From: an uncultured Actinomyces sp. | GTDB taxonomy: Bacteria; Actinomycetota; Actinomycetes; Actinomycetales; Actinomycetaceae | Reading direction: 5' to 3' | NCBI GenBank assembly: GCA_938030835.1 | Contig: CALHID010000243.1 | Coordinates: 1-51,290 of the forward strand | Length of the DNA stretch: 51,290 bases | Part shown: piece by piece, positions 1 through 7,878 of the stretch | Numbering within the stretch: the stretch's first letter is position 1 | Layout of the letters: each line of letters opens with the position of its first letter | Translations under genes and position numbers: made by a program | The notes under the pieces: model-generated | The model's database searches: none | The model's input: only the letters and a program-made list of their open reading frames with translations | Told to the model about the DNA's origin: nothing

Positions 1-55
1 CTGCTCGCGCATAAGTTCAGCAAACTGCTCGTGCGAGTATGCCTCTCCAATGTAT
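1..55. repeat. 55-bp terminal overlap (identical to 51236-51290); circular contig
   Basis: Exact identity of the first and last 55 nt; an ORF reads through the join. Confidence 0.95.
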
Positions 56-276
56 GTAATCCACGGCTTTTGATCGTATGTCTCTAGGATACGAAACACC
101 TCCCACCCGTCAACGGTGATAAGTGTTCCGGTAATAAGCTCTTTAGCATCCGCAATAAACAGTTCGCCGTTGTTGTCGATGCACTCAAACTGTGTGCCTG
201 TCAGCTCAGTGAACCCCTTTTCGAGCTTCTTACGGAACTCTTCGACAGCATCGTCAAACATCTTCTGAATGTCCAT
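1..276 (-). CDS. Hypothetical protein of the paralogous small-domain family; 5' part, continues across the join to the stop at 51200
   Basis: ATG at 276 with AAGGAG RBS; MDIQKMFDDAVEEF...PRIVHEGL* when circularised. Confidence 0.8.
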   Translation of the reverse strand, partial: MDIQKMFDDAVEEFRKKLEKGFTELTGTQFECIDNNGELFIADAKELITGTLITVDGWEVFRILETYDQKPWITYIGEAYSHEQFAELMREQ

Positions 277-290
277 TGTTCTCCTTTGCG

Positions 291-530
291 TTAGACGTGA
301 GGGTTGTAGATAACTTCGACAACCTGGTTGGGTTGTTCAATGCGTTGCAGCATATCTTCGATTGTGATGCTTTCACCATTGCAGTTCACCCACTGCTTGT
401 CGTGCTTGAGCATCCATACTTGGTTGGTGGGCTTTCGCAAGCGTACGACAGTGCCGGTATCAAGCAGGCACTCGTAAGTAATCCAATGGCCTGTTGAGAT
501 GCAAAACTTAGTGTTCAGTAGGTCGTCCAC
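291..530 (-). CDS. Hypothetical protein of the paralogous small-domain family
   Basis: GTG at 530 follows AAAGGAG; the longer ORF-track start at 617 overlaps a promoter. Confidence 0.7.
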   Translation of the reverse strand: MDDLLNTKFCISTGHWITYECLLDTGTVVRLRKPTNQVWMLKHDKQWVNCNGESITIEDMLQRIEQPNQVVEVIYNPHV

Positions 531-563
531 GATTTCTCCTTTGCGTTTGGTGTTGATGCTTAA

Positions 564-618
564 AGCATAGAAGGGTAGACGGTTAAAGTCAACAAGATAG
601 CGTGTGATCTGACCCACA
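564..618 (-). promoter_or_regulatory. Leftward promoter with CRP-type box
   Basis: TGTGG-GTCAGA-TCACA, 10 nt, TTGACT-17-TATGCT. Confidence 0.75.
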
Positions 619-872
619 CTTTAACCCCCGTTACCCACCGAATACGCAAAGGGGTATGACACCCCCCTCCTTCTCTCCCTCTGAAAAGCATATGATTTTT
701 TATTCATTGCTTTGCATACTTATTCATGCACTGTCAAGCACTCTACCAGCTAATTCCTACCAACCTACAAACCAGACCCCAATACACCAACCAGACCCCG
801 GACCAACCCTAAAACGTGACCCAAACCACAACATACCCACCCTAACCACGGACAACAACCCCCTAACAAAAC

Positions 873-965
873 TTAGGTTCACCTAACTAAACTTACCCAA
901 CATAACTTAGGCTTACCTAACTTAACTACGCCTCACCTCACTCAACTTACCCTCACCTTACCTAA
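873..965. promoter_or_regulatory. Cluster of DtxR/IdeR-like iron boxes
   Basis: 873-891, 902-920 and 947-965 match TWAGGTWAGSCTWACCTWA at 15, 16 and 14 of 19 positions. Confidence 0.5.
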
Positions 966-967
966 TC

Positions 968-1001
968 AACTGCAACGAACTGCAACGAACTACAAGCAAC
1001 T
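968..1001 (+). repeat. Short 10-bp tandem repeat (AACTGCAACG x2 plus a degenerate copy)
   Basis: Direct inspection. Confidence 0.7.
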
Positions 1002-1553
1002 AACTAGCTAGCTACCCGCCGAAAACGCCTCGCGTAAAACCCCCTAATTTTTCCTACACACTAAGTAAATTACATACCTAGCAATGTAATCATGTGCATA
1101 ATCTGTATGTAGCACCCAAAAATAATAGTAATGTAAAGTGCATATAAACAAGAAGAATCCTATAATAATGTAATATATGTATGTAGAATGTATATATGTA
1201 TTGTATGTATGTAATTGTAAAACGCACATCCTAGGCGTGCGTGTTAAGAAGGAGTTAACGCTGTTAACTTAACGTCACTCTGACGATAACCCCCAACATT
1301 GTCCTATCATTTCACCTAAGCCATTCTAAGCGACTTTCACCCCCTTACCTAGGCCCACATACTACCCACCCCCTGAAAATGCCTCCTACCCCCCTTCCTG
1401 ACCCCTTAAACACGATGCCAGCAACCTAGCACCCCCTACACCCCACCTAATCGCCACGCTATGCCCATGCGAGTACCACACGTTCACCAACATTGCAACA
1501 CGTGTCCATATGTCGGACTGTAAAGTAACCACCCACGCATACCGACACAACAA

Positions 1554-1608
1554 AGTAACTAACGACACACCCTATAGCCTTGACAACGCATAACCGCAGT
1601 GCTATCGC
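1554..1608 (+). promoter_or_regulatory. Promoter with degenerate CRP-type box
   Basis: AGTAA-N6-ACACA, 10 nt, TTGACA-17-TATCGC. Confidence 0.5.
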
Positions 1609-1666
1609 GTACGCGCGCATTAAAGAGTAGGCACGGCCTGTCGCCTACTCACTAAGGCCCCCACAA

Positions 1667-1721
1667 TGTGTTCCTAATCACATGTTTTCATGTTGACAAC
1701 CATCAAACAACTGGCTATTGT
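1667..1721 (+). promoter_or_regulatory. Early promoter with CRP-type box
   Basis: TGTGT-TCCTAA-TCACA, 10 nt, TTGACA-17-TATTGT. Confidence 0.8.
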
Positions 1722-1769
1722 TTAAGTATCGGCAAACGAAACAAACAACCCGAAAGGAAAGGCCGAAAA

Positions 1770-2057
1770 ATGAAGACCTCGTTCGCATGTGATTACGAAA
1801 CGATGGCCCGCCTTGCGGAATATGAAGCCGACTACCAGGAACGCTATTTTCTGCCTGTCGATAGCGCACGCAAAGGCGCGATTAGGCGAGAATACGAAGA
1901 GCGGCGAACTGCAAAGCGCGTTAACGAGCTGTTCCACGATATGATCGGCCTGTCGGTTGCTATCAACGATGAGGCTATGCGCGGACACCTTGACCGTGAC
2001 CTGGCTAACACCGCTGTTGCTGCGCTGACCGCGCTTTCCAAGTCGATCAACAAGTGA
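1770..2057 (+). CDS. Hypothetical early protein
   Basis: ATG 1770 after GAAAGG RBS, downstream of the promoter. Confidence 0.75.
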   Translation: MKTSFACDYETMARLAEYEADYQERYFLPVDSARKGAIRREYEERRTAKRVNELFHDMIGLSVAINDEAMRGHLDRDLANTAVAALTALSKSINK

Positions 2058-2108
2058 CACACAACACAGTCTATCGGGTTGACAACCCACTGCCAACCCG
2101 ATAGACTG
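2053..2108 (+). promoter_or_regulatory. Early promoter with CRP-type box, embedded in a 15-bp inverted repeat
   Basis: AGTGA-N6-ACACA, 10 nt, TTGACA-17-TAGACT; IR 2067-2081/2094-2108. Confidence 0.8.
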
Positions 2109-2145
2109 AAAGCACAAACAAAAACCAAGCCGAAAGGTTAAACCA

Positions 2146-2358
2146 ATGATCCGTCTGACCGTTGACGATGAAGCCCGCGCCCTGTCGGCATGGGCGAACG
2201 CTGAAGTTCTCTACGTAGGCGAAGACGTTGTTTTTGCCCCGCGTTGGGCAACACACGTATGGCGCGCGCTAGTAGATGGACATCTCTACTTTGTAGGCCC
2301 TAGCGACCTGGCACAGATGCCCCTGGGTGTCAATGCCGACACCCGCGAACTTTACTGA
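2146..2358 (+). CDS. Hypothetical early protein
   Basis: ORF with GAAAGG RBS. Confidence 0.7.
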   Translation: MIRLTVDDEARALSAWANAEVLYVGEDVVFAPRWATHVWRALVDGHLYFVGPSDLAQMPLGVNADTRELY

Positions 2359-2388
2359 CACACACACACGCAAAGAAAGACAACAAAA

Positions 2389-2682
2389 ATGCGAGACACG
2401 ACACACGCAACCGTGACCCAGTGGACTGAATACCGTACCCCTAGCGGGCGTTGGTCAAAGGTCCGACACGATGAAACTGTTGAAGACTTCAAGCCCCATA
2501 ACCTGCGCAACTTTTTCGATGCAAAGTTTCCCGGCGAGCGGCGCGGTTACGCATACACCATGCACGGATACCTACCCGTTAGTGTGACCGTCTCGTCGCC
2601 CGATGGAAGCGAACGCCGCGTGTACCGTTTCGACTACTACACCGGCCCGCGTGAGGTTGTGCATTACACGTACGAAGACTAG
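2389..2682 (+). CDS. Hypothetical early protein
   Basis: ORF with purine-rich RBS. Confidence 0.7.
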   Translation: MRDTTHATVTQWTEYRTPSGRWSKVRHDETVEDFKPHNLRNFFDAKFPGERRGYAYTMHGYLPVSVTVSSPDGSERRVYRFDYYTGPREVVHYTYED

Positions 2683-2695
2683 CTAGTATTCAACT

Positions 2696-2764
2696 TCCCC
2701 CGCTTAATGGTGAGTGTCAAGGTTGGTTCAATTCCAACCGGGGGAACGATGCGACACAAGTCGC
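2696..2764 (+). ncRNA. Anticodon-less tRNA-like element, copy 1, plus 3' hairpin
   Basis: 7-bp acceptor, D-like hairpin with GG loop, GTTGG-TTCAATT-CCAAC T-arm, then ACGAT and a hairpin. Confidence 0.6.
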
Positions 2765-2797
2765 ACAAACCACCAACAAACCGGAAGGTTAATTGAC

Positions 2798-3055
2798 ATG
2801 GCACACACGTTCAAAACGGACCCCTGGCACGTCAAAGAAGCGCGCGGGGCGGCGTGGCATCCCACGCAGTTTGCCCGCGAACACTCTCCCTACACGAAGG
2901 CGCGCCGTGACCTGAGCAAGCGCATTAGGGCACGTGAGCGCCGCGAAATGGACCGTATCGCGCGTGACCTTGAGGCATGGGGCGATTACTACCCTACCGG
3001 CGCAACGTTGCGTGAGTTCAACGGCGAAACCGACCGCGATAGCTGGCAGTACTAA
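2798..3055 (+). CDS. Hypothetical basic early protein
   Basis: ATG 2798 after GGAAGGT. Confidence 0.75.
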   Translation: MAHTFKTDPWHVKEARGAAWHPTQFAREHSPYTKARRDLSKRIRARERREMDRIARDLEAWGDYYPTGATLREFNGETDRDSWQY

Positions 3056-3071
3056 TCAACAACAACCCAAC

Positions 3072-3095
3072 GGGACGGGCCGTTAGGCCCGTCCC
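3072..3095 (+). other. GC-rich intergenic hairpin (stabiliser or terminator-like, no U tail)
   Basis: GGGACGGGCC-GTTA-GGCCCGTCCC. Confidence 0.55.
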
Positions 3096-3116
3096 CATAC
3101 AGAAAGACGAAAGACA

Positions 3117-3491
3117 ATGGGTATTCTTGACGATATCGACACCGCCGCCTATGACATTATGGCTGGCCGCGTTGGTGACGGGTTCCTACCTGTCGCTAAG
3201 AACTTCAACATTGCTGAGAACCACAACCACCCGTTTGCCAATTGCCGGTTTGACGTGTACTCTTACACAACGCGCGTTGCAATGGTGAACAAGAACGAAA
3301 ATGGCGACTGGGAAACGTTTGTACATAGGGCCGCGTTCCATCATTCAACTACTACCAGCAAGCACCTACGCCGGTTTGTGCCGGCAATGGTTGGGCGCGT
3401 TGACTGGGACGCACTCTATAAGGCGTGTAATCGTGAGTGCGACAGGGAGTGCATTAGCGGTAACGGCGAACAGTGGATTAAGGTCGGCTAA
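3117..3491 (+). CDS. Hypothetical early protein
   Basis: ORF, translationally coupled to the next gene. Confidence 0.75.
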   Translation: MGILDDIDTAAYDIMAGRVGDGFLPVAKNFNIAENHNHPFANCRFDVYSYTTRVAMVNKNENGDWETFVHRAAFHHSTTTSKHLRRFVPAMVGRVDWDALYKACNRECDRECISGNGEQWIKVG

Positions 3492-3853
3492 TGACTATTG
3501 AAAGTGCCTTGCAGGGTATCTACCCTAACCAGATCGTTAGCGAGTCTGTTAGTCTTGGTTCTAAGTTGTACCTAACGATGAATCACAACGATCTAGCGCG
3601 CAATTGGATTAGCTATTGGGTAGCTAGGGAAAATACAACCGAAATTATCTTTAAGTTCAACCCTAGCGGTGTCGTATATGTCTACAAGGACGTTACACTC
3701 ACGCCACATGAGAAACGTGTCATTACCAAGATTATCAGCATGTGGCGCGAACATATGCGCCCCGACTGGGAGACTTTCGAGAGTATGCGCGCGAATCCTA
3801 TGATTAGCTTTGCCGACGCAACGCGAGTGCCCGTGATGCACAACACACTCTAA
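3491..3853 (+). CDS. Hypothetical early protein
   Basis: TAATG overlap. Confidence 0.7.
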   Translation: MTIESALQGIYPNQIVSESVSLGSKLYLTMNHNDLARNWISYWVARENTTEIIFKFNPSGVVYVYKDVTLTPHEKRVITKIISMWREHMRPDWETFESMRANPMISFADATRVPVMHNTL

Positions 3854-3886
3854 CGAGTTGACAACAAGCCAACAACAACCTACTAT
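3832..3886 (+). promoter_or_regulatory. Early promoter with CRP-type box
   Basis: CGTGA-N6-ACACA, 10 nt, TTGACA-17-TACTAT. Confidence 0.8.
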
Positions 3887-3941
3887 TGACACATAGGCAC
3901 AAAGCCTAAGCAAACCAACAAACAGAAAGCGAGACACAACA

Positions 3942-4121
3942 ATGCGAGTCAACAAAAACACGATGAATGTCATTAAGACGGCAACGGCAACCAAGATCAC
4001 GTTCCGAAAGATGGGAGCGGACTACGGCGATAATCCGAGTGTGCTTGCCGCTATTGACGCGGTGGTTACTGCCCTTGATGGCCTGTCCGATGCGGTAGTC
4101 ATGTCAGAAATTGAGGGCTGA
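3942..4121 (+). CDS. Hypothetical protein, 59 aa (below the ORF-track cutoff)
   Basis: MRVNKNTMNVIK...EIEG*; RBS-like AGAAAG; follows the promoter. Confidence 0.65.
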   Translation: MRVNKNTMNVIKTATATKITFRKMGADYGDNPSVLAAIDAVVTALDGLSDAVVMSEIEG

Positions 4122-4124
4122 GAA

Positions 4125-4319
4125 ATGGAACTGACCTGGGAACAGATGGACTTTATTCGTATCGCGCTTGAAGCCCATATTGACGCACTGCGCAAGGATG
4201 CGGCGACACTTGGTGAACCACTGGTTACCGAGACAATTGAAGAACGTATCGACAAGATCGGGCCTGTGTATGACGCGCTTGTGTCCGGTGACTGCGTTCT
4301 CATTCTGGAAGAGTACTAG
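4125..4319 (+). CDS. Hypothetical protein
   Basis: ORF in operon. Confidence 0.7.
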   Translation: MELTWEQMDFIRIALEAHIDALRKDAATLGEPLVTETIEERIDKIGPVYDALVSGDCVLILEEY

Positions 4320-4335
4320 ACCCTAGAAAGGGTGT

Positions 4336-4407
4336 CCCCTAGCCTGTCGGTAGGTAAATGCAGGTTCAACTCCTTCCTAGGGAACGATGCTAACCACGGT
4401 GGTTAGC
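4336..4407 (+). ncRNA. Anticodon-less tRNA-like element, copy 2, plus 3' hairpin
   Basis: Same architecture as 2696-2764 with different stem sequences; GCAGG-TTCAACT-CCTTC, then ACGAT and a hairpin. Confidence 0.55.
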
Positions 4408-4432
4408 GACAACGACACCGAAAGGTAGAACT

Positions 4433-4684
4433 ATGTCACACAATGAATTGCCCAATTGGTACGGTATTCCTGGTATCGGCTTTGAGTGGCGAGGTTCCCA
4501 AAGTGACCCACTATTGCACTACAAGGGACGGAAGTTCAACGGCAATGACGTGCAAGATGGGTTGTGGGAGTCCTACCAGGAAACCCTAGATAATACCGAC
4601 AACAGCGCAGAATGGGAAGACTTTGTAATCAACAACGCTGTTGATTATCTGGAAGATATTATCGCCTATGGCTTTGGGAGCTAA
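4433..4684 (+). CDS. Hypothetical acidic early protein
   Basis: ORF with GAAAGGT RBS. Confidence 0.75.
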   Translation: MSHNELPNWYGIPGIGFEWRGSQSDPLLHYKGRKFNGNDVQDGLWESYQETLDNTDNSAEWEDFVINNAVDYLEDIIAYGFGS

Positions 4685-4689
4685 TTAGT

Positions 4690-5070
4690 ATGTGGGAAGA
4701 ATTACTGAGCGTCATTAGTGACCGTTACTACCCGCTAGAGTCCATGCAGGAACATATCGCCGGGTACGTGAACGATGCGACAGGGTGGGACCTATCAGTT
4801 ATCAACCCTTGGTTAACTGAGCGCGGCTATGAGTTTGTGGGTTATCTCGACCTGTTCTCAGAGAATGAGCATAGCGGCGTGTATGTCAATGTTGAGGGCC
4901 TTGTATGGCGTTGTAGCACTAACGCCGCTGACAATAGTCTCTATTGGTACTGGCAGTCCGACAACGAGGGTATTACCCTTGACGATATGCGATTCTTGCA
5001 CGGCTATGCGCATATGTTCATCTGGGACCAAGACGAACAGACATGTGACGTAGTTCACATGGCAGAATGA
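4690..5070 (+). CDS. Hypothetical acidic early protein
   Basis: ORF with GGGAG RBS. Confidence 0.75.
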   Translation: MWEELLSVISDRYYPLESMQEHIAGYVNDATGWDLSVINPWLTERGYEFVGYLDLFSENEHSGVYVNVEGLVWRCSTNAADNSLYWYWQSDNEGITLDDMRFLHGYAHMFIWDQDEQTCDVVHMAE

Positions 5071-5088
5071 CTGCCAACCTGATACACT
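5044..5088 (+). promoter_or_regulatory. Consensus CRP box abutting the -35 position, with extended -10
   Basis: TGTGA-CGTAGT-TCACA 5044-5059; TGA-TACACT 5080-5088. Confidence 0.7.
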
Positions 5089-5116
5089 AGAACTATCAAC
5101 CAGAGACAACCGAAAG

Positions 5117-5632
5117 GTGAAAACAATGATTCAGACACAGTTCGCACACACGATTACCGTTCCCGATGAATGGGAGCATGAGGGACACACTTACCAAGTG
5201 ACTCAGGATGAATGGGCAGAGTGCCCTACTGAATGGCTTGACAGCGCCGATGCACTGTGTGTGCTGGGTGGTCCGCATAATTGCATCTTGCATCATCCCG
5301 CCGAAACGGACTGCCCGGCAATGCACGCCCTTGACAACTTCCATGAGGAAAATGACCGTCTGCCTACTCAGGAAGAGTGGGAGAATCTTTGCCCTGATTA
5401 CTGGGTGTACCTTGGTTGGCACGGTGTGGACTCTGACCGTCTGTTTGCGGCCGCGTTCCGTAAGGATGTGTGCCCTACCAACCCTTGCGAGTCATGGGTG
5501 CATGAATACAGTCTTTGGGCTGATGGGTATGTCTGGGTTGTGTCGGATACAACCACGGGTGATTCTCTGGCAGGTATCTACGCCGATAGCGAGGAAGACG
5601 CTATCAAACACTATATCGAAAACTATCAGTGA
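5117..5632 (+). CDS. Hypothetical acidic protein (paralogue of 7180-7725)
   Basis: Shared C-terminal WxDGxVxxVxDxxTG...IYA...EDA motif; start could be ATG 5126. Confidence 0.8.
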   Translation: MKTMIQTQFAHTITVPDEWEHEGHTYQVTQDEWAECPTEWLDSADALCVLGGPHNCILHHPAETDCPAMHALDNFHEENDRLPTQEEWENLCPDYWVYLGWHGVDSDRLFAAAFRKDVCPTNPCESWVHEYSLWADGYVWVVSDTTTGDSLAGIYADSEEDAIKHYIENYQ

Positions 5633-5648
5633 GAAAGTAGGAAAAACA

Positions 5649-5963
5649 ATGACTGACATTAACATTGCACTCACCGTCGTACTTGACTGGGATACCCGAT
5701 TCTGTTTCACTAGCGAGGAACTGGGAGTCAGTAAGGGTGAATATGACTACGTTACCAAGAGTGGCGACCTGCGCATTAGGGAAGACTTTGAGGCTATGGC
5801 CGCTGAAGCCGTGGACGATCTGCATAAGCCTATCACAGTACTTGGAAAGACTCTCAAGGCGAGTGACATTGCTAGGGAGATGCTTAGCGACGACTGGGAA
5901 GCATATGTCAACAGTTGCATTGCTCACCTAATCGCAATGGAAGAGATTAAGGAAGTCTGGTAG
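5649..5963 (+). CDS. Hypothetical acidic protein
   Basis: ATG 5649 after AGGA. Confidence 0.75.
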   Translation: MTDINIALTVVLDWDTRFCFTSEELGVSKGEYDYVTKSGDLRIREDFEAMAAEAVDDLHKPITVLGKTLKASDIAREMLSDDWEAYVNSCIAHLIAMEEIKEVW

Positions 5964-6067
5964 TGTTCGCGGTCGCCTACTATGGCCTGTTTTTTCTGTC
6001 CTTACTACTGCCTGTCGGTGCATACTGTCACCGCGTAGAACGCCGGGACAATAACAATGGCGATTAA
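5963..6067 (+). CDS. Possible 34-aa membrane peptide
   Basis: GTG overlaps the previous stop; hydrophobic N-terminus. Confidence 0.35.
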   Translation: MFAVAYYGLFFLSLLLPVGAYCHRVERRDNNNGD

Positions 6068-6182
6068 CTTGGAAGAACTAATGGCACTACCTATAGCACC
6101 TAAGCCGCTACCCGTTGTTATCCCGGCATGGGAGATAGGTGTAAATTACGGCTTAGTGCATGGGCAAGACGACTACAACTGA
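6057..6182 (+). CDS. Possible 41-aa protein
   Basis: Fills the gap in the operon. Confidence 0.4.
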   Translation: MAINLEELMALPIAPKPLPVVIPAWEIGVNYGLVHGQDDYN

Positions 6183-6207
6183 CAACAAACAGAAAGTGAG
6201 AACAACA

Positions 6208-6543
6208 ATGAACACTGAAAACCTCGTCAACAATATTACTAAGCTCAACGCCGAGATTACGGCCCTGACCGAGGCACGAGACGCACTCAAGGCTGAACTG
6301 TGCGCACAGTTCAACGCAGGGGACAAGATTCAGGTTGGCGATACGCGCGTGACGTTCGCTACCCGAAAGACTATCAACGCCGCCGCCGTGGAAGCGCTGC
6401 CCGCGTTTAAGAAACTGCCAAAGGCAGTGCGTGAGTCGGTTTATGACAAGCCTAAGTTGAATACTAAGAAACTTGCCGCGCTTGATCTACTCGACCTGTC
6501 GCCCGCTACTACCGTGTCGGACGTGTACGCAACGTTCCGATGA
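6208..6543 (+). CDS. Hypothetical protein with N-terminal coiled coil
   Basis: ATG 6208; heptad-like pattern then beta strands. Confidence 0.75.
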   Translation: MNTENLVNNITKLNAEITALTEARDALKAELCAQFNAGDKIQVGDTRVTFATRKTINAAAVEALPAFKKLPKAVRESVYDKPKLNTKKLAALDLLDLSPATTVSDVYATFR

Positions 6544-6761
6544 ATTGGAAGCAATACGGGACGGGCGACAGTGGATACACTGTCGAACAGGTGGAAGCTG
6601 TCGCCCGTTCCCTGGAAGAACAAGAACTGCAAGAATATTCAACCATGTGGCTTGAAGCGGTACGACAGATGCGGGCCGCTGAGATTATCCACAACAACCT
6701 AGGTGTGGGAGCCGAGGTCGAACTGCCTAACGGCATGTCAATTTATATTGAAAGTGAGTAA
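6540..6761 (+). CDS. Hypothetical protein
   Basis: ATGA overlap. Confidence 0.7.
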   Translation: MNWKQYGTGDSGYTVEQVEAVARSLEEQELQEYSTMWLEAVRQMRAAEIIHNNLGVGAEVELPNGMSIYIESE

Positions 6762-6766
6762 TCAAA

Positions 6767-7180
6767 ATGTTTAGCAACTATGTTGACGGCGACACATTCA
6801 ACCAGCGCGAACTGGATAGCGACGTTTTCGCGGAATGCTTCAACGCGAATGAGATTGACGGCTACCGACGTAGCAAGGACTCGGAGGAAGACTGTTACAA
6901 CGCTTGGGAGTATTGGGACGAGAAGGGCCTGTTCTCTGACTGGCTGGAATGGCGTTTTGAGGAAGATGGCTACCTCGGCTATGACAACAACCCGCAAGAC
7001 GGGATGTTTGTCTGGATGCAAGACTACGAACAGTGTGTCGTCCTGCCCGGCGACAATGAATTGCCGTCCGACGTGGTTGCTATGTTTGACCGTGACTCAC
7101 TGTATGAAACTGTCTATGCGGAGGGTATTGTCCGGGACGGTGTTTTCTACGCCACTACTATTGCGAGGGAGCTTGACTAA
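6767..7180 (+). CDS. Highly acidic protein (candidate DNA mimic or anti-defence)
   Basis: About one quarter D/E, aromatic-rich. Confidence 0.75.
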   Translation: MFSNYVDGDTFNQRELDSDVFAECFNANEIDGYRRSKDSEEDCYNAWEYWDEKGLFSDWLEWRFEEDGYLGYDNNPQDGMFVWMQDYEQCVVLPGDNELPSDVVAMFDRDSLYETVYAEGIVRDGVFYATTIARELD

Positions 7181-7725
7181 TGAATATCAACACACTGTCT
7201 GAAACCGGCGAGATTACTATCTTCCAAGACGCTGACACGGGCAACATGTATATTGTTGAACCAGTGCTGGGAACCACTGAACCTACAGATATGGCAGACG
7301 AACCTTATCTGTTTATTGGGGACTGTGACGACTTTATGCTGTCCGATAACCCCGTGTTCAAGACACTTGGTAGGTATATTGCAGTGCATGATGAAACACC
7401 TGCCAACGTGGGAGAATACGCTAAGTTGTTCAAGGGCGAACTGTGCTCACACTTCAAGTGCGACGATGGGTGGGAGGACTATGACTTTATTGAGTCATAC
7501 GGGCAGATTCTAGCGGTCAATAAGCGGCTAGGGAGCGCTGAAGAATGGCTGAACTATCTCAACATGTGGGACGACGGGGAAGTATATTCTGTCCTCGACT
7601 GTTCGACCGGAATTAAGGTCACTGACATTTACGCTGAATACCATGAGGATGCACTTGAGCTTTATCTCAGGGATGGGGAACTTGCATCACTGAAGGCACG
7701 AGTCAACAAGGTATTGGAGGACTAA
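7180..7725 (+). CDS. Hypothetical acidic protein (paralogue of 5117-5632)
   Basis: TAATG coupling; shared C-terminal motif. Confidence 0.8.
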   Translation: MNINTLSETGEITIFQDADTGNMYIVEPVLGTTEPTDMADEPYLFIGDCDDFMLSDNPVFKTLGRYIAVHDETPANVGEYAKLFKGELCSHFKCDDGWEDYDFIESYGQILAVNKRLGSAEEWLNYLNMWDDGEVYSVLDCSTGIKVTDIYAEYHEDALELYLRDGELASLKARVNKVLED

Positions 7726-7728
7726 CTA

Positions 7729-7878
7729 ATGGACAATGCTTATATTCAAGTGTTGACAGACGGGACAGGTATCGTTGTGTCGCATGACTTTGATATGGGT
7801 ATCGGTGTCATTGCGGGACCACGTATTATCGCCCGTCTTACCAAGGAACAGGTCAAAATGATTAGGGAGGCTAACTAA
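7729..7878 (+). CDS. Hypothetical protein, 49 aa
   Basis: GGAGG RBS; MDNAYIQVLTDG...REAN*. Confidence 0.65.
   Translation: MDNAYIQVLTDGTGIVVSHDFDMGIGVIAGPRIIARLTKEQVKMIREAN

Larger units (their letters stand above)
620..1550. other. Non-coding control region between divergent arms (candidate origin or packaging end)
   Basis: No credible ORF; C/A-skewed flanks; AT-rich core ~1045-1225; short repeats and palindromes. Confidence 0.6.

Noticed and set aside
1..55. Terminal 55-bp repeat as a biological direct terminal repeat
   Set aside because: It falls inside a coding sequence and its length equals a common assembler k-mer, so it is a circular overlap
531..617. ORF-track N-terminal extension of 291..617
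   Set aside because: Occupied by a promoter; the RBS points to GTG 530
815..830. CRP-like box CGTGA-N6-CCACA
   Set aside because: No -35/-10 at the characteristic spacing on either strand, so not counted
860..1001. Repeats as a CRISPR mini-array (given the Cas4-like gene)
   Set aside because: No constant repeat with unique spacers; the Cas4-like nuclease sits in a standard exonuclease-Sak4-SSB recombination module
656..1568. ORFs 656..886, 1044..1229 and 1386..1568
   Set aside because: Low-complexity translations of skewed non-coding DNA, with no RBS
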